Below are positions 1-13,290 of a stretch of 64,000 nucleotides of DNA, in pieces. A program made the translations under genes and the position numbers. This stretch comes from Octopus sinensis (taxonomy: Eukaryota). The notes beneath the pieces are model-generated. The model searched no databases. It saw nothing but the letters and a program-made list of their open reading frames with translations, and was not told the DNA's origin. Position 1 is the first letter of the stretch. The number at the start of each line of letters is the position of its first letter. The stretch covers positions 22,196,001 through 22,260,000 of the forward strand of contig NC_043014.1 of assembly GCF_006345805.1 (NCBI RefSeq), given 5' to 3'.

Positions 1-130
1 ATGTTGCTACACATCGCTGGTCACAATGCGCTTCGCATTGTTTTAGCCTTCAAATGACGCCACCCCCGCTGGCTAAGCGAGCAGGTCAATATATATATGT
101 ATTATATATATTGACCTGCTCGCTTAGCCA
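1..130 (+). mobile_element. SINE 3' portion ending in a 28-bp foldback
   Basis: Non-microsatellite repeat-like tail; arms 70-97 and 103-130 are exact reverse complements with a 5-nt loop. Confidence 0.55.
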
Positions 131-141
131 CTGATATATAT

Positions 142-187
<46 letters not shown>

Positions 188-189
188 TA

Positions 190-254
<65 letters not shown>

Positions 255-414
255 TGCATACATGTAGACGCACACACACATACAAATATTTCCACGTATA
301 CATAAACACATACTAACACACAAGCACAATATATATATTTAGATATGCTTATCTCTCTCTCTCAGTCTCTCTCTATCTATCTTCTATCTATCTATCTATC
401 TATCTATATCTATC

Positions 415-487
<73 letters not shown>

Positions 488-496
488 CTATATATA

Positions 497-560
<64 letters not shown>

Positions 561-1008
561 GTACATATATGTATTCGCACGCACACACATACAGACACTT
601 GTACAGACAATTAGCACTCTCACTGACGTACATATAAACACATTAACGAGAGTTATACACATTCATGTTGTACATTAACAGTCGTATGCACTCATGCAAG
701 TGTGCACATACACGCTCACACGTACACATGCGCACTGCATCAATTTACCCATTCTTTATAAACACACACAAACACATACAGATATGTATACCGATTTATA
801 AACACATTCTCTTATTTCAAACGCATACATATACATACTTTCTCACGCTACCCACCTACCTACATATACACAAGACACACTTGTACATTTAAAAGGGGGT
901 ATTTACACATAGATATAATGACCACATACACGTAAAACTTATATAGGGACGAGTATGTATGTGTGTAAATACATACATACATACAGATACATACACACAC
1001 ACACACAC

Positions 1009-1105
<97 letters not shown>

Positions 1106-1420
1106 TATATATAACTATATATATACTCACATACATGCATACATACGCATAAAGTTTTTATATCCGTAAGCACCAACGTATACATACAACGGATCTCAAA
1201 CATGCACACTAAGATACAGGAACTCCCAGACTTCTGCATGTAGACACGTACGCAACGCACATGCAGATAGGTGCATACACACGCAGACACGCATATAAGC
1301 ACACACACAAGTAGACTCACAGACACACACACACACGCAAGTAGACTCATGCATACACATTTGCAGACACACTTTCTGACACACAGCAATATACACACAC
1401 ACACAAACACATACACACGC
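131..1420. repeat. Compound microsatellite field (TA)n, (CT)n/(GA)n, (CA)n, (TATC)n
   Basis: Directly visible; representative of many such tracts across the window. Confidence 0.95.
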
Positions 1421-2135
1421 AAGCAGCGTGTATGTACATTATAGGATTGGTTGTGTCTTGCATAGTAACTGCTGACGAAAATATTTTACAAGGTTAACAT
1501 TTCGTGAGATTGATGTCCTAGTTATACACAGAGAGAGAGACAGCTATTGGTTGGTGGTGGTCGTTACAGACCACCACCACCACCATCATCATCATCAGCA
1601 CCACCACCACCACCACCACCACCACCACTGCCACTACTACTGCTGTTGCTGCTGCCTACACTACCTTCTTTGACACGGTTTATATATATATATATATATA
1701 CACATATATGCACGTGCGTGTGTTTGTGTGTATATGAATGTGTGTGTGTGTGTGTATTTCACTATAATTCACTTCCCCCTATCTATCACTTTTTCTCTCT
1801 AACTCTGTACCTGTATCTCCTTATATATTTATATATCTTTCTTTCTCCCGACTTCATACAATCCTCTCTCTAGTTTATAATTCACTCTGTCTACTTACAC
1901 ACTCGTACCTGTTTTTCACACTCTCTTTCTGCTTCACTGCCTCTCACCTTCTCAGTCAGTTTCTCTCTCACTCTATCAAAGTGTACACTCTTTGCCTACT
2001 CACTTCTGTCTCTCCATATATTATTTGATATTTCAAACTTTCATTTTTCTATCTTATATGGACCGTCATTCCTCTCTTTCCCTCCCTCTTTCTTATTGAC
2101 CAAAATCTCTTTCTCTGCTCCCGTTTCTGTCTCTT

Positions 2136-2179
<44 letters not shown>

Positions 2180-3026
2180 TCTGCCTTTTCCTCTTTCCCT
2201 CCCTCTTTACCTCTCTCATGCGTGCTAATATCTTATACTTTCTCTCCGATTCATCTTTACTAATAGCTTGACTATCTCTTCTCCTTCATCTCTGTCACTC
2301 CCTAACACTTTCCAGTCTTTCATGCTCTCTCTCTTTAATAACTATAAATCTATCTACCCTCTCCGTTTCTCTCAAAACTTCCCTATAATGTATACAGTGT
2401 GCGGGCGGGAGGGCGTTTGTATGCGTGTGCGTGTCACTGAATGTATACATGTTTAGGTATAAAGTAGGGTGGAGGTGCGCGTCTGTCTGTTGTAAATCTG
2501 CATGCCCATAGTTTCACGCTGGCCTTTCTTTGTATGGGCGTTTGGAAATGCACAGACGGAGATCTCAGTTGATATGTGCGTATGCAAATATGTGTTTGTG
2601 TGTCTGTTTTTGTATCATTTTGATAGCTATCTACTCACCACCATGCCTAAAAATTCCCCCGTTAGACGATCTAATTCCCTTTCTGCAAACTTCATTCACT
2701 GACATTTTGCCGACCAGATCTTCAATAGATTCTTTAGACTCTCTACCGTCATGCTTACATGCATACACCTCCATGTGTGCGTGCGTGCGTGTGTGCGTGC
2801 GTGACAAAAAGTACTCAATACAAAAAAAAGTAGAATTATATTTTATTGAAAGCTGAAAGTTCATAAATCGGAACTCCGAGTTTTACCTGGTTTGAAGAGC
2901 TGAAACGAGGGGCTCAGAGTAAATGATTTGTAAAAATTCAGCCTCCAATGACATACATATACAGATATATATATAAGCACACACAGGCATTCACACACGT
3001 GTATGCATATATATATATATATATAT

Positions 3027-3061
<35 letters not shown>

Positions 3062-3130
3062 GGGAGAGTTTACGAAAAAAACAAAAGACGAAGACAAGTG
3101 GTATACAAAACAAGCAGATGTATTAGTATA

Positions 3131-3165
<35 letters not shown>

Positions 3166-3261
3166 ATTATTTTATAGAAGGAGCTTCTACATGACTAGAA
3201 CTGTTTCATTCAGATGAAATCTTCTGGAAGCTGGCTGTCATATATAATATATATATATATG

Positions 3262-3295
<34 letters not shown>

Positions 3296-3349
3296 ACACA
3301 CACACACATATATATATATAATATATATTATATATATATTATATATATA

Positions 3350-3391
<42 letters not shown>

Positions 3392-3430
3392 CTAGCTGAA
3401 GGTGACCCGCTCTACTCGCGGGTAAGAGCG
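3392..3430 (-). mobile_element. Helitron-type 3' terminus fragment
   Basis: Minus strand reads ACCCGC-gagtaga-GCGGGT hairpin followed by CTAG|T. Confidence 0.55.
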
Positions 3431-3459
3431 TGGTTGTTACTTTCTGTTGCTTCCTTTCA

Positions 3460-3752
3460 GCACGTAAAAGGCACCATCCGAACGTGGCGGATTGCAGCGC
3501 CGCCTTGACTGGCTTCTGTGCTGGTGGCACGTAAAAAGCACCAACCGATCGTGGCTGCTGCCAGCCCCCCTGGCACCTGTGCCGGCGGCACGAAAAAAGC
3601 ACCCACTACGCTCACATAGTGGTTGGCGTTAGGAAGGGCATCCACCTGTAGAAACACTGCCAGATCAGACTGGAGCCTGGTGCAGCCTCCTGGCTTCCCA
3701 GACCCCTGTCAAACTGTCCAACCCGTGCTAGCACGGAAAACGGACGTTAAAC

Positions 3753-3782
<30 letters not shown>
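3460..3782 (+). mobile_element. 5'-truncated SINE with RTE-like tail and (GAT)n end
   Basis: Three internal GCACG(T/A)AAAA(G/A)GCACC-like repeats, GGCGTTAGGAAGGGCATCCA motif, (GAT)n tail; related fragments near 53380-53490 (-), 56090-56230 (-) and 59020-59165 (+). Confidence 0.7.
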
Positions 3783-3783
<1 letters not shown>

Positions 3784-4470
3784 CTCCCTCTTTGTTTCTC
3801 TCTCCTTTCTCTCTCACTTTCCCACTCTCTTACTCTTCCTTTCTCTCGGACTCTTCCTAGCTTTCTCTTACTCTCTATCTTTATCTATCTCTCTCCCATT
3901 TATAAACAACAAAAGATCTTGAGTAAGTTGAGAAATAAAATATTTAGAAAGATCAATCATAAATATCAGGCAGTAACAACGGAAAGGTCTGCTTCAAGGC
4001 AGACAGCAAAACACTAACATTTAAAAGGGACAGACGAACTTGCGAGCTGAATAAAAATAATAAAATATTGGAAACCAAAGTTTGAAGGGATTGAATTTGA
4101 GGATAGTAGAGTTACCATGGCTGGCATTTCTTAACGACGGACAGCAACGTATTGACAGTTCAACGGCTGGCGTAAAATTTTGAACTTGATGTAAAAGAAA
4201 ATCCCTAAAAACCAAGTTTTGAATTGATTCTTTCTCACGACAGCAGACTCACGATGGCAAGCATTCAAAACTTCTTCATCATGGACGGCAACACATTGAC
4301 GATTAAAAGGCTGGCGCAAATTTTTTAGCTTGATGTAACAGAGAATTGCTAAACACCCGCTCCTTTAAATTTTAATCCCCTTCCAGTCCCATTTAGACCC
4401 CTTTTCACATTTTGGTTAATATAACCCGATTTCATTTGGGTCTACTGGGGCCCTATTTTATAAGATGAGG

Positions 4471-4890
4471 ACTCAACCAAGTTTCCCGAGTTCTGGTCAT
4501 AGACCATAGAACACTCAACCAAGTTTCCCGAGCTCTGGTCATAGACCATAGAACACTCAACCAAGTTTCCCGAGCTCTGGTCATAGACCATAGAACACTC
4601 AACCAAGTTTCCCGAGTTCTGGTCATAGACCATAGAACAGTCAAGCAAGTTTCCCGAGTTCTGGTCATAGACCATAGAACAGTCAAGCAAGTTTCCCGAG
4701 TTCTGGTCATAGACCATAGAACACTGAAGCAAGTTTCCCGAGTTCTGGTCATAGACCACAGAACACTCAACCAAGTTTCCCGAGTTCTGGTCATAGACCA
4801 TAGAACAGTCAAGCAAGTTTCCCGAGTTCTGGTCATAGACCATAGAACACTCAACCAAGTGTCCCGAGTTCTGGTCATAGACCATAGAAC
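4471..4890. repeat. 42-bp minisatellite, 10 copies
   Basis: Unit ACTCAACCAAGTTTCCCGAGTTCTGGTCATAGACCATAGAAC recurring every 42 nt with few variants. Confidence 0.95.
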
Positions 4891-6546
4891 ACTTAGCTAA
4901 AATCTAATTTCTACCTGGTCTGAACCAATCAATCCGCCGCAGTCTTCATCCACACAGAGCTTACTCAACCATGTTCCAGTTCCAGCGACAGACGACCAGA
5001 CCAGCCAGTCATGTTCCTGCTCCAGCCAATGACGACGCTAACATACACCAGCAACGCTACCGACGCCTTCATCTCAACGTCGCCTTTCTCTGCCGTCGCC
5101 ATCACCATCGTCGTCCTTCACCTTCACGTCGTCTCCATCTCCGTCGCCTTCATCTCCAGCAACACTAATATGTACATAGCACTCATTCAGGTTTAGCTTT
5201 CACGCTGTTATGATTTTCACCGAGGTTAACAGCACAGCACTACCTGCGAGATCTTCTGTACCAATGTAACCTGGCACAGCATTGAAGCCACAACCACTAC
5301 ACGACATGGGTTCAACCGGCATCTGCACTTGTGATCCGAACATCCTGTTACAGAACGAACTGCTATTATGTACTTTACTACGAACTGGTAAATTAACTCG
5401 ATCTTGTCTGAAATACCCTGAGAGACTTTTCCTATGCGCTGTAATTTGTTTTGCCCGCATACACCTTGTTTGTACTTCTGTCGCACACACGAACACACAT
5501 AGTTAATACACATACAAATGCTATCTCTGTCACATTCATACGCCACACATGCCTTTCTCGTTTGTTTTCCATGCTCAATGTGCCCTTGTAAACATAACTC
5601 ATCTCTGTAAGACCCTAGGTCGGTCACGCATACATAGAGAAAGTTGTTTGTCCCTTACAACGCGCCAGCATGCCACACTTTTGTTCCTGCACGACCGAAG
5701 CATATAATAGCTCAAGCACTGGCTGGCAGCCTCAGCCTTACCGCATTAATCACTGGGATATTCAATACTGTACACTGTATTTCAGCCTAGCAAGTCCTAT
5801 TGCACTCATGCACCTCTGTTCTGCACGTGTACTCCCTTGTTTTGCAACACGTCTGCGTCAGCTCATTTCTTCTCCCGACTCAAAGTACGTCGGATGTTCA
5901 CATGCGCTGCGCTCATATTTAGGCATAATTTCCCCCTTTTAGACCCCTGTTGGTCACGTAATTAACAGAGAAAATTATCTGTCTCGCACCCAAGTTGCAC
6001 CCAAAAAGTGTAAAGAAGCAACCAGTTCCCTTTACGTAACTATCAAAAAGTATTAAAAAGTTTAATATACTTAAATACAGATATATACATTATATATACA
6101 TATTTATATATAGAACACACACACACACATATATATAAACGCTCGTTGGTGTGTTCTGTTTGTATTTGGTCGATGGGCGCGTTGACAGGTAGACAATAGA
6201 ATGCGGTGGCGATGGCGATGGAATATTTGTTTCTCTGTATGAATGCAGACAGATACATGAGTAAAAGTTATGGGAAGCTAAGAGATAGAGTGAGGGAAAA
6301 TGTTCTTACATTAAACAACGGGAGTGGACTTGTCAAAGTTATATATGAAGGGGAGTTCGAGGGGAATGTAGGAAATAGCGTGAGTGAGGAAGATGGCCCC
6401 TAGCAACCACACCTTTTAAGATAGGGATTTCTAAGGTAGCCCACGGGCATCGTCACCTCATTCTACATGTCCCTGTAAATTTTGGAGCGAATCGGACGGG
6501 ACGTAGTGGCATTGAAAGCGATCCAAGCGGTAAAAACGCATTTCAG

Positions 6547-6584
<38 letters not shown>

Positions 6585-6587
<3 letters not shown>

Positions 6588-6798
6588 GGTCCCGGGTTGA
6601 TCCGGGGTTAACCACAGTAAGTAAGGTACTCAATACATAGCAGAGTAAAATTAATTTATTATATAGAAGGAGCTTCTACAGGACTAGTACTGTTTCATTC
6701 AAGAGAAATCTTCAGGAAGCTTCATGAGCTTCCTGAAGATTTCTCTTGAATGAAACAGTACTAGTCCTGTAGAAGCTCCTTCTATATAATAAATTAAT
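6585..6798. mobile_element. (TA)n-flanked repeat end (probable Penelope-like pseudo-LTR) with 72-bp perfect inverted repeat
   Basis: Arms 6650-6721 and 6727-6798; related single-copy pieces at ~3165-3235 and ~29657-29740; contains CTGAAGA..GAAAC..GTC. Confidence 0.6.
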
Positions 6799-6913
6799 AT
6801 ATATATTATATATATATATATATATACATACACAAGCATATAAACGTATAAATGTGTATGTATTTGTGTATATGTATGTATGTATATATACACACACACA
6901 CATATACATATAT

Positions 6914-6997
<84 letters not shown>

Positions 6998-7339
6998 ATA
7001 TATATATATATACATATACATACATATATCAAAATATGCAACAAGGATATCCAGAGGTAATGCAGTACGATCGTTTCATACAACTCTATTTAATTGAAAA
7101 ATGCAATCATTTCATTACATCAATTTAAAATGTAGAGCAATCTTCAGCTGTACAAAGACATAGAATTTAATTAAATTAGAGCAGAAGGACACATTAGTAT
7201 AATTTTACCTAAAATCTCCAAGAAGTTAAGGAGATAGACAAAGAACATGTACCAGCAACATCATAGTTATTACTCTATAGTTGCAACTACGATGTGACCT
7301 GGCATTGTGACCTGGCATTTTCTTCTACTCTGCAGTTTT

Positions 7340-8137
7340 GTAGGTTCTCCTGGGCATTTTTCTTTTCTTTAAAAAAAACTGTTTCATCACAGTAGAATAC
7401 CTCTCTGTGTGCACGAAATTCTCAGCTGCCTTCTAGTCAGAATTCGCTGTTATGAACACCAGTCCGCTTCTTGAAATTATTGAACCATCTGCGACTGGCC
7501 TTAAAAACGTTTGCTAATGTCTCCTCTGTCGATGTTCCAGAGTTCTACTTCAGGAGATCCCCATACAGCGCTCGTACTTTCTCGCAGAGGATGGTTTCCG
7601 TAACCGTATCCTCTGCGAATTGCTTCTCGTTGATCCACAGAAGAAATTTTTCCATCTTTTCGTAGACAGATGTGCGTTGCTTGGAGAGCCTGGAGATACC
7701 CTTTGCTGTTGTAACGGCCTTGATCTCGTCCTTTTTATCCAGGATGATGCAGATCGTCGAAGTGCTTCGGTCGTATTGACATACTATGTCCACTACACGC
7801 ACTACTCTCTCAGTACTGTCCTTTGCACTAACTTTCTTAGGACCCATGGTTAACACAACTAATTATTATAAAATAATAGAAAGAACGTACAAAACTAAAA
7901 AAAAACAAAAAAACACTGGGCTGTTGCCACAACGAGATTAACACGTGAACAGAGCGAGAGGTGGCTGCGTTTGTTAGGAAAGCGTATGCGAGCTCAGCGC
8001 CGATTAGCGGTCGCTTGTATAAAACTCGTTCGTACTGCGGATTTCCAGTTATAGATTAAGACAAAAATGTGCACGAGCCGAGGCTCGTAGAGCAAATTAC
8101 TGATACAATGGTGCATTTGTACTGTTAGGTTCTACTG
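7340..8137 (-). mobile_element. Tigger/pogo DNA transposon remnant (transposase pseudogene)
   Basis: ORF 7545-7856 has CENP-B/psq HTH-like text, then FKASRRWFNNFKKR and CDET motifs out of frame; terminus TA|CAGTAGAACC at 8137. Confidence 0.85.
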
Positions 8138-8169
<32 letters not shown>

Positions 8170-8546
8170 TGTATGTATGTATGTATGTATGTATGTATGT
8201 ATGTATGTATGTATACTTCACCTTTCTTATAAGCATTTGCCCCGAGTCCCAATACCCAATACCCGAACTGTCCGGATGAAAAGAAGGATCCTTTATATGC
8301 TCACGTAATCTACTACAAAAACCAACCAAATCTTTATAACTTCACACTACCAACATAAAGACACATTAGAATTGGTAGTCTGAGATATACCGAGAAAGGA
8401 AACTGCTTATTATTGGAACGTTTTTAATCATAGATTCCATGATTGGTTAATCATCAAGGTTGGTTAATCATCAACAACATTAACAACAACACACTATTGA
8501 TTGTTGGTTCCAGTAACTTAGGTGTTTATTATTATTATTATTATTA

Positions 8547-8608
<62 letters not shown>

Positions 8609-8642
8609 GTTGTTGTTATTATTATTATTATTATTATTGTTA

Positions 8643-8684
<42 letters not shown>

Positions 8685-8696
8685 TATTATTATTAT

Positions 8697-9010
8697 TGAG
8701 TGAGAGAGCAGCATAAGCCATCAAAGTGACACTGGAGTACAAATATACGAAGCCCATTACACCTATCATGACTACCCGTCTGATAAGGGTACATTACAGC
8801 CATATGTAATCAACATGGTGATTTCATATCAAGATAAATAGAGCATGTCCTTGCAGGTGGGGCCCAGTTAGAATTTTCTTCTGGTCGAATAGCCCATCCT
8901 GCTCAAAAGGTTCCTGAATTAGGTTTGTTTAAGGATGACGAACGAAACACCCATATTTCCAGAGATGAATTATTCTAACTCCAAAGAATTCTTCTTGACA
9001 TAGTCGTGAT
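8697..9010 (-). mobile_element. 3' end of a non-LTR element with (TAA)n tail
   Basis: Abuts (TTA)n 8527-8697; homologous to 44726-44870 (+). Clade not determinable by eye. Confidence 0.6.
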
Positions 9011-9276
9011 CAGAGAAGAACATATTGTCAGCCACTAAGGGACATGCTCAACTGGTTAAGGTCAAGCAACTGACGAGCAAATTTGTGGCACTGAGCAGAA
9101 TATCATGTACGTAACACTTCCAATCAGTTAAGATCAGAAGTTATGATAGTATTGCATCAGGGCATTTATCATCATCATCATCATCATCATCATTGCATGT
9201 CCTTTAATGTTGCATTATGTAAGCCCCTGCGGATAATAAAAATGTTATTATTATTATTATTATTATCATTATTATT

Positions 9277-9873
9277 AAGGCGGCGAACTGGCAGAATCGT
9301 TGGCACGCCGGACGAAACGCTTAGCAGAATCGTTAGCACGTCGGGCGAAATGCTTAGCGGTATTTCGTCTGCCGTTACGTTGTGAGTTCAAATTCCGCCG
9401 AGGTCGACTTTGCCTTTCATCCTTTCGGGGTCGATAAATTAAGTACCAGTTAAGCACTGGGGTCGATATAATCGACTTAATACCTATGTCTGTCCATGTT
9501 TGTCCCCTCTATGTTCAGCCCCTTGTGGGTAATGACGAAATAGAAATAGGTATTTCGTCTGCCGTTATGTTCTGAGTTCAAATTTCGCCGAGGTCGACTT
9601 TGCCTTTCATCCTTTCGGGGTCGATTAAATAAGTACCAGTTACGCACTGGGGTCGATATAATCGACTTAATGCGCTTGTCTGTCCTTGTTTGTCCTCTCT
9701 GTGTTTAGCCCCTTGTGGGTAGTAAAGAAATAGGTATTTCGTCCGGCCTTACCTACTGAGTTCAAGTTCCGCCGAGGTCGACTTTGCCTTTCATCCTTTC
9801 GGAGTTACGCGCTGGGGTCGATGTAATCTACTTAATCCCCTTCCACAAGCTGGCGTTGTGGCAAAAATTTGAA
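9277..9873 (+). mobile_element. tRNA-derived SINE with about 3 tandem body units
   Basis: AAGGCGGCGAACTGGCAGAATCG head, GAGTTCAAATTCC B-box-like, and GCCGAGGTCGACTTTGCCTTTCATCCTTTCGG repeated three times about 190 bp apart. Confidence 0.85.
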
Positions 9874-9905
9874 ATCATCATCATCAACATCATCATCATC
9901 ATCAT

Positions 9906-12655
9906 TGTTTTTTTTTTCCTTCTTTCTTCAAATTTCTTCCATTTCTCGCCGGGTATTTTCCGTACACCTAGAGCAGAGAAGCTCATTGTATGCATTCCCA
10001 GATTACACACGCAAATTCACAGGTAAAATATGTATTTAAAAAAATTAATAAATAAATAAATTCATGAATGGATATTGTTTCCACAGCGATAGTGCTCTTC
10101 TCAGTACATGAGTCGTTCCAGTTAACACGATTTTTGCACTTCCTGTAGCGATGATAAGCCTGGTATCATTTTCAAATAGGTTTCAGTACTTTTTTTTTTT
10201 TATCATTCCTAGAGAGTCTACAATCACTGGTACTGTAGTCGCCTTGAGATGCCACATTTTTTCTATTTCTATTAGCAAGTCTTTATATTTACTGATCATG
10301 TCAAATTCTTTCGCCGCTATATTGTGATCGCAAGGAATACTCATGTCAATTAATAAACACGTTTTTGTCTGATCTTTTATAATAATATCCGGTTTATTAG
10401 CTTTTATAATTTTGTTGGTATGTACGGGGAAGTCCCAGAGAATCAACAAATTTTCTCCCTCAGTCACAGCTTCAGGATCGGTTTTATACCATTTGTCAGT
10501 GGTTTTGATTTTATAATGCCGACATATTGTCCAGTATAAATACTGGCCGGCTCTGTCATGTCTTGCTTTATATTCTACAGGTGCTAAGTAACCATTGATG
10601 CGTGTGTTTCTGGTCGACATCAGCTTGTTTGCTACGGGCCACATACTTGCCATGCAGAGGTTTCTGTTCCCATCCGCTAGCTAATTTTTCATTTGCTTTT
10701 GTCTTTGCAATTAATTTTATTATTTTCTTTGCAGCAGCAGTTGGCGCATTTCCTTCAACTTGATCAATCTGGCAGGTATCTAAGAGATCAGTAGCGAATG
10801 TTTTGCTCTCTTTCAAAATTGAGTGAAGTTTTTTCGGTCTTTCATGTTTTTCAGCAAGTTTTAGAATCCAATCGTTGGGTTTTTTTCAAGGTATTTGGCC
10901 AGTCCGATTGTGGTGGTTTTGTACGTAAGTTCAAGCTGAATCAAGCCTCGATATCCCTGAACTCTGGGAAGGTAAAGGCGATCCACGTCTGCCTTTAGAT
11001 GGTACATCTTATTACAAGTCAGTAGCTTGCGGATTTTTCTGTCAACTTTTATTATTTCACTGGTATTCCAGTTAAGCACATTGAAGCTATAAAGAACAAC
11101 TGAGACTGCTAAGGAATTTATGGCTAACACCTTATATGCATTCAGCTCAGACTTCAGGACTGCTCGAACTCTTCTATAACATTCCTTCCTAACCTACTCT
11201 TTCATGTTTGCATGCTGGATACCAGAGCCTTCATTTATTCCTAGGTGTTTATAGGTTTGTTCCTGCTCAAGTTCCTTTATTACTGTTTCGACATCTAATT
11301 CGATGGAACTTGACTTTTCCAATTTCCCTTTCTTAAAAGTGGCTTTGGCACACTTTTCAAGGCCAAACTCCATCCCGATATCCTCACTGAAACCTTTCAC
11401 AGTATGTAGTAGTCCTTCAAGCTCTTCATCATCTTTGCCATATAGTTTTAAATCATCCATATAAAATAGATGGCTTATTTTCCTGTTGTCAATTTTGTAG
11501 CCATACCCTTTTCTATTCAGTTCACTTGAGAGTGGTATTAGTGCTATGCAGAAAATTAGTGGTGAAAGTGAGTCACCTTGAAAAATGCCACAGTTTATGC
11601 TAATATTGTTTGAGCGCAATACTCCATTAGAATGATATAATTGGAGCTTCGTGTTCCATAGTGACATATTATACTTTAAAAAATCTGAAATCACAGGATA
11701 AATTTTTTTAATTTCCAGCGAATTCAGAATCCACGAATGTAGTATGCTATCAAAGGCTTTTTTTATAATCAATCCATGAAGAACTAAGATTTCTGCGCTT
11801 GTTATAGCAGTTCTCAAGGATCATGCGATTAATTAGGAGCTGATCTTTGCAACCATATGAGCCTCGTCTGCATCCTTTTTGTTCAGTGGGAAAGAGGTTA
11901 TTCTCTTCAATAAACATATATGCTTTCTCCACTAGAATAGATGTCAAAATCTTATAGGTATTAGACAAATATGTTATAGGCCGGTAGTTTTTTGGATTTT
12001 TGGTTTCGTTATTTTTGGAAAGGAGATAAGTAATACCATTTGCCATCCAATGGGGAGTTTTTTCCGGGTCTTTCATGATACTATTAAATAGTATTACTAA
12101 CCTTTTGTGTGCAAACGAGAGTGATGGGAGCCAGAAATTTGGTACTCTATCTATACCAGGGTATTTCCACTTATGAGCTTTCGTTAGTGCCCTCCTTAGG
12201 TCGGCGATTGAGATGTCTTCCCATACCTGTTCTTGTAGATTTTGTAGGCATCCTGGGTGCGTTTGATCCAGTCTGCATTTTCATTGTATGGTTTCTCATC
12301 ACTCCAGATCCCTTCCCAAAAGTTTTCAACTTCTTCCATTAGGGGTGGATTTTCAATAGTTATTTTTTCTATCCCTATTTCCCTGTAAAATGATTTGGCA
12401 TTGAATTTGAACATCTCATTCTGCCTGTAGCATTTGATTCTTTTCTCAAATCTGTGTATTCTTTGAGCTATTGCTTGAACTTTTTGTTTAAGTGAATCTT
12501 TCGCTGACATTAGTTCTTCTCTTGTTAAGAATCCATATTTTCTCACAATCTTCCTGCCTTTTCTTGATCTTACACCATTTCCAGAGATTAGCTCAGTAAA
12601 TATTGATATCTCCCTTCGCAATGATTCAATCTCAGTTTCAATTCTACTCCTCCTA
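9906..12655 (-). mobile_element. R4/Dong-clade non-LTR retrotransposon, 5'-truncated and frameshifted (RT plus restriction-like endonuclease)
   Basis: NYRPIT, QKGCRRGSYGCKDQL, FQGDSLSP, YMDDLKLY and RHD...LWDF...KPDIII...IDMSIP (PD-D/ExK) motifs. Confidence 0.9.
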
Positions 12656-12656
12656 T

Positions 12657-12695
<39 letters not shown>

Positions 12696-12723
12696 TATTA
12701 TTAGTATTATTATTATTATTATA

Positions 12724-13255
12724 TTCTCTTTATCACAGGTTTTGTTGGAGCTCCTGGAGTCTTACATGCGTAGCAGGCTTACTACCTGCAGCCTACGGTA
12801 CCATGCTATTTGTTCTTTTCAGCTAACTAATACTTTCCTGATTATTCTGGCTGTGCCAAGGAGGCAAACCTTTTGTAACAGTTCTACTGGGCACTCTATT
12901 CTAGTTTCCTTTATATTACTCTTGATGCCTTTTGATACTGTTCCTAAGGGCCCAACAATAATTGGCATATCTTCACCATCTTCATTTTCTATAGCCGGGC
13001 TATTTCGTACTTAAGAGGCTTGTATCTATCGATCTTTTCGCCTTCCTACTTGACTATTCGTGGGTCAAAGGGGCATGCAATATCAACTATATAGCATATA
13101 TGGTGCACCTTGTCTACCACCACTAGGTCCAGTCTGTTATACTCCAGCACCTGATCTGTTTGGATTGAGAAATCCCAGAGGATTTTGCAAACCACCGAAT
13201 ACGCCACTCTGCGATTTGTGCACATACCACGTCTTGCCTCTCTCTAGCCCCCACT

Positions 13256-13257
<2 letters not shown>
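12724..13257 (-). mobile_element. Second R4/Dong-like element, endonuclease C-terminus and 3' UTR only
   Basis: Minus translation KILWDFSIQTDQVLEYNRLDLVVVDK..IVDIACPFDPR; (TAA)n on both sides. Confidence 0.8.

Positions 13258-13290
<33 letters not shown>

Noticed and set aside
86-1422. Long ORFs rich in YI, CV, HT or ER (and similar ones throughout, e.g. 8443, 14402, 20019, 26709, 33935)
   Set aside because: They are translations of microsatellites or purine/pyrimidine tracts that lack stops by composition.
4471-4890. CRISPR-like look of regular hairpin-containing repeats
   Set aside because: Units are contiguous with no unique spacers, there are no cas genes, and the context is eukaryotic.
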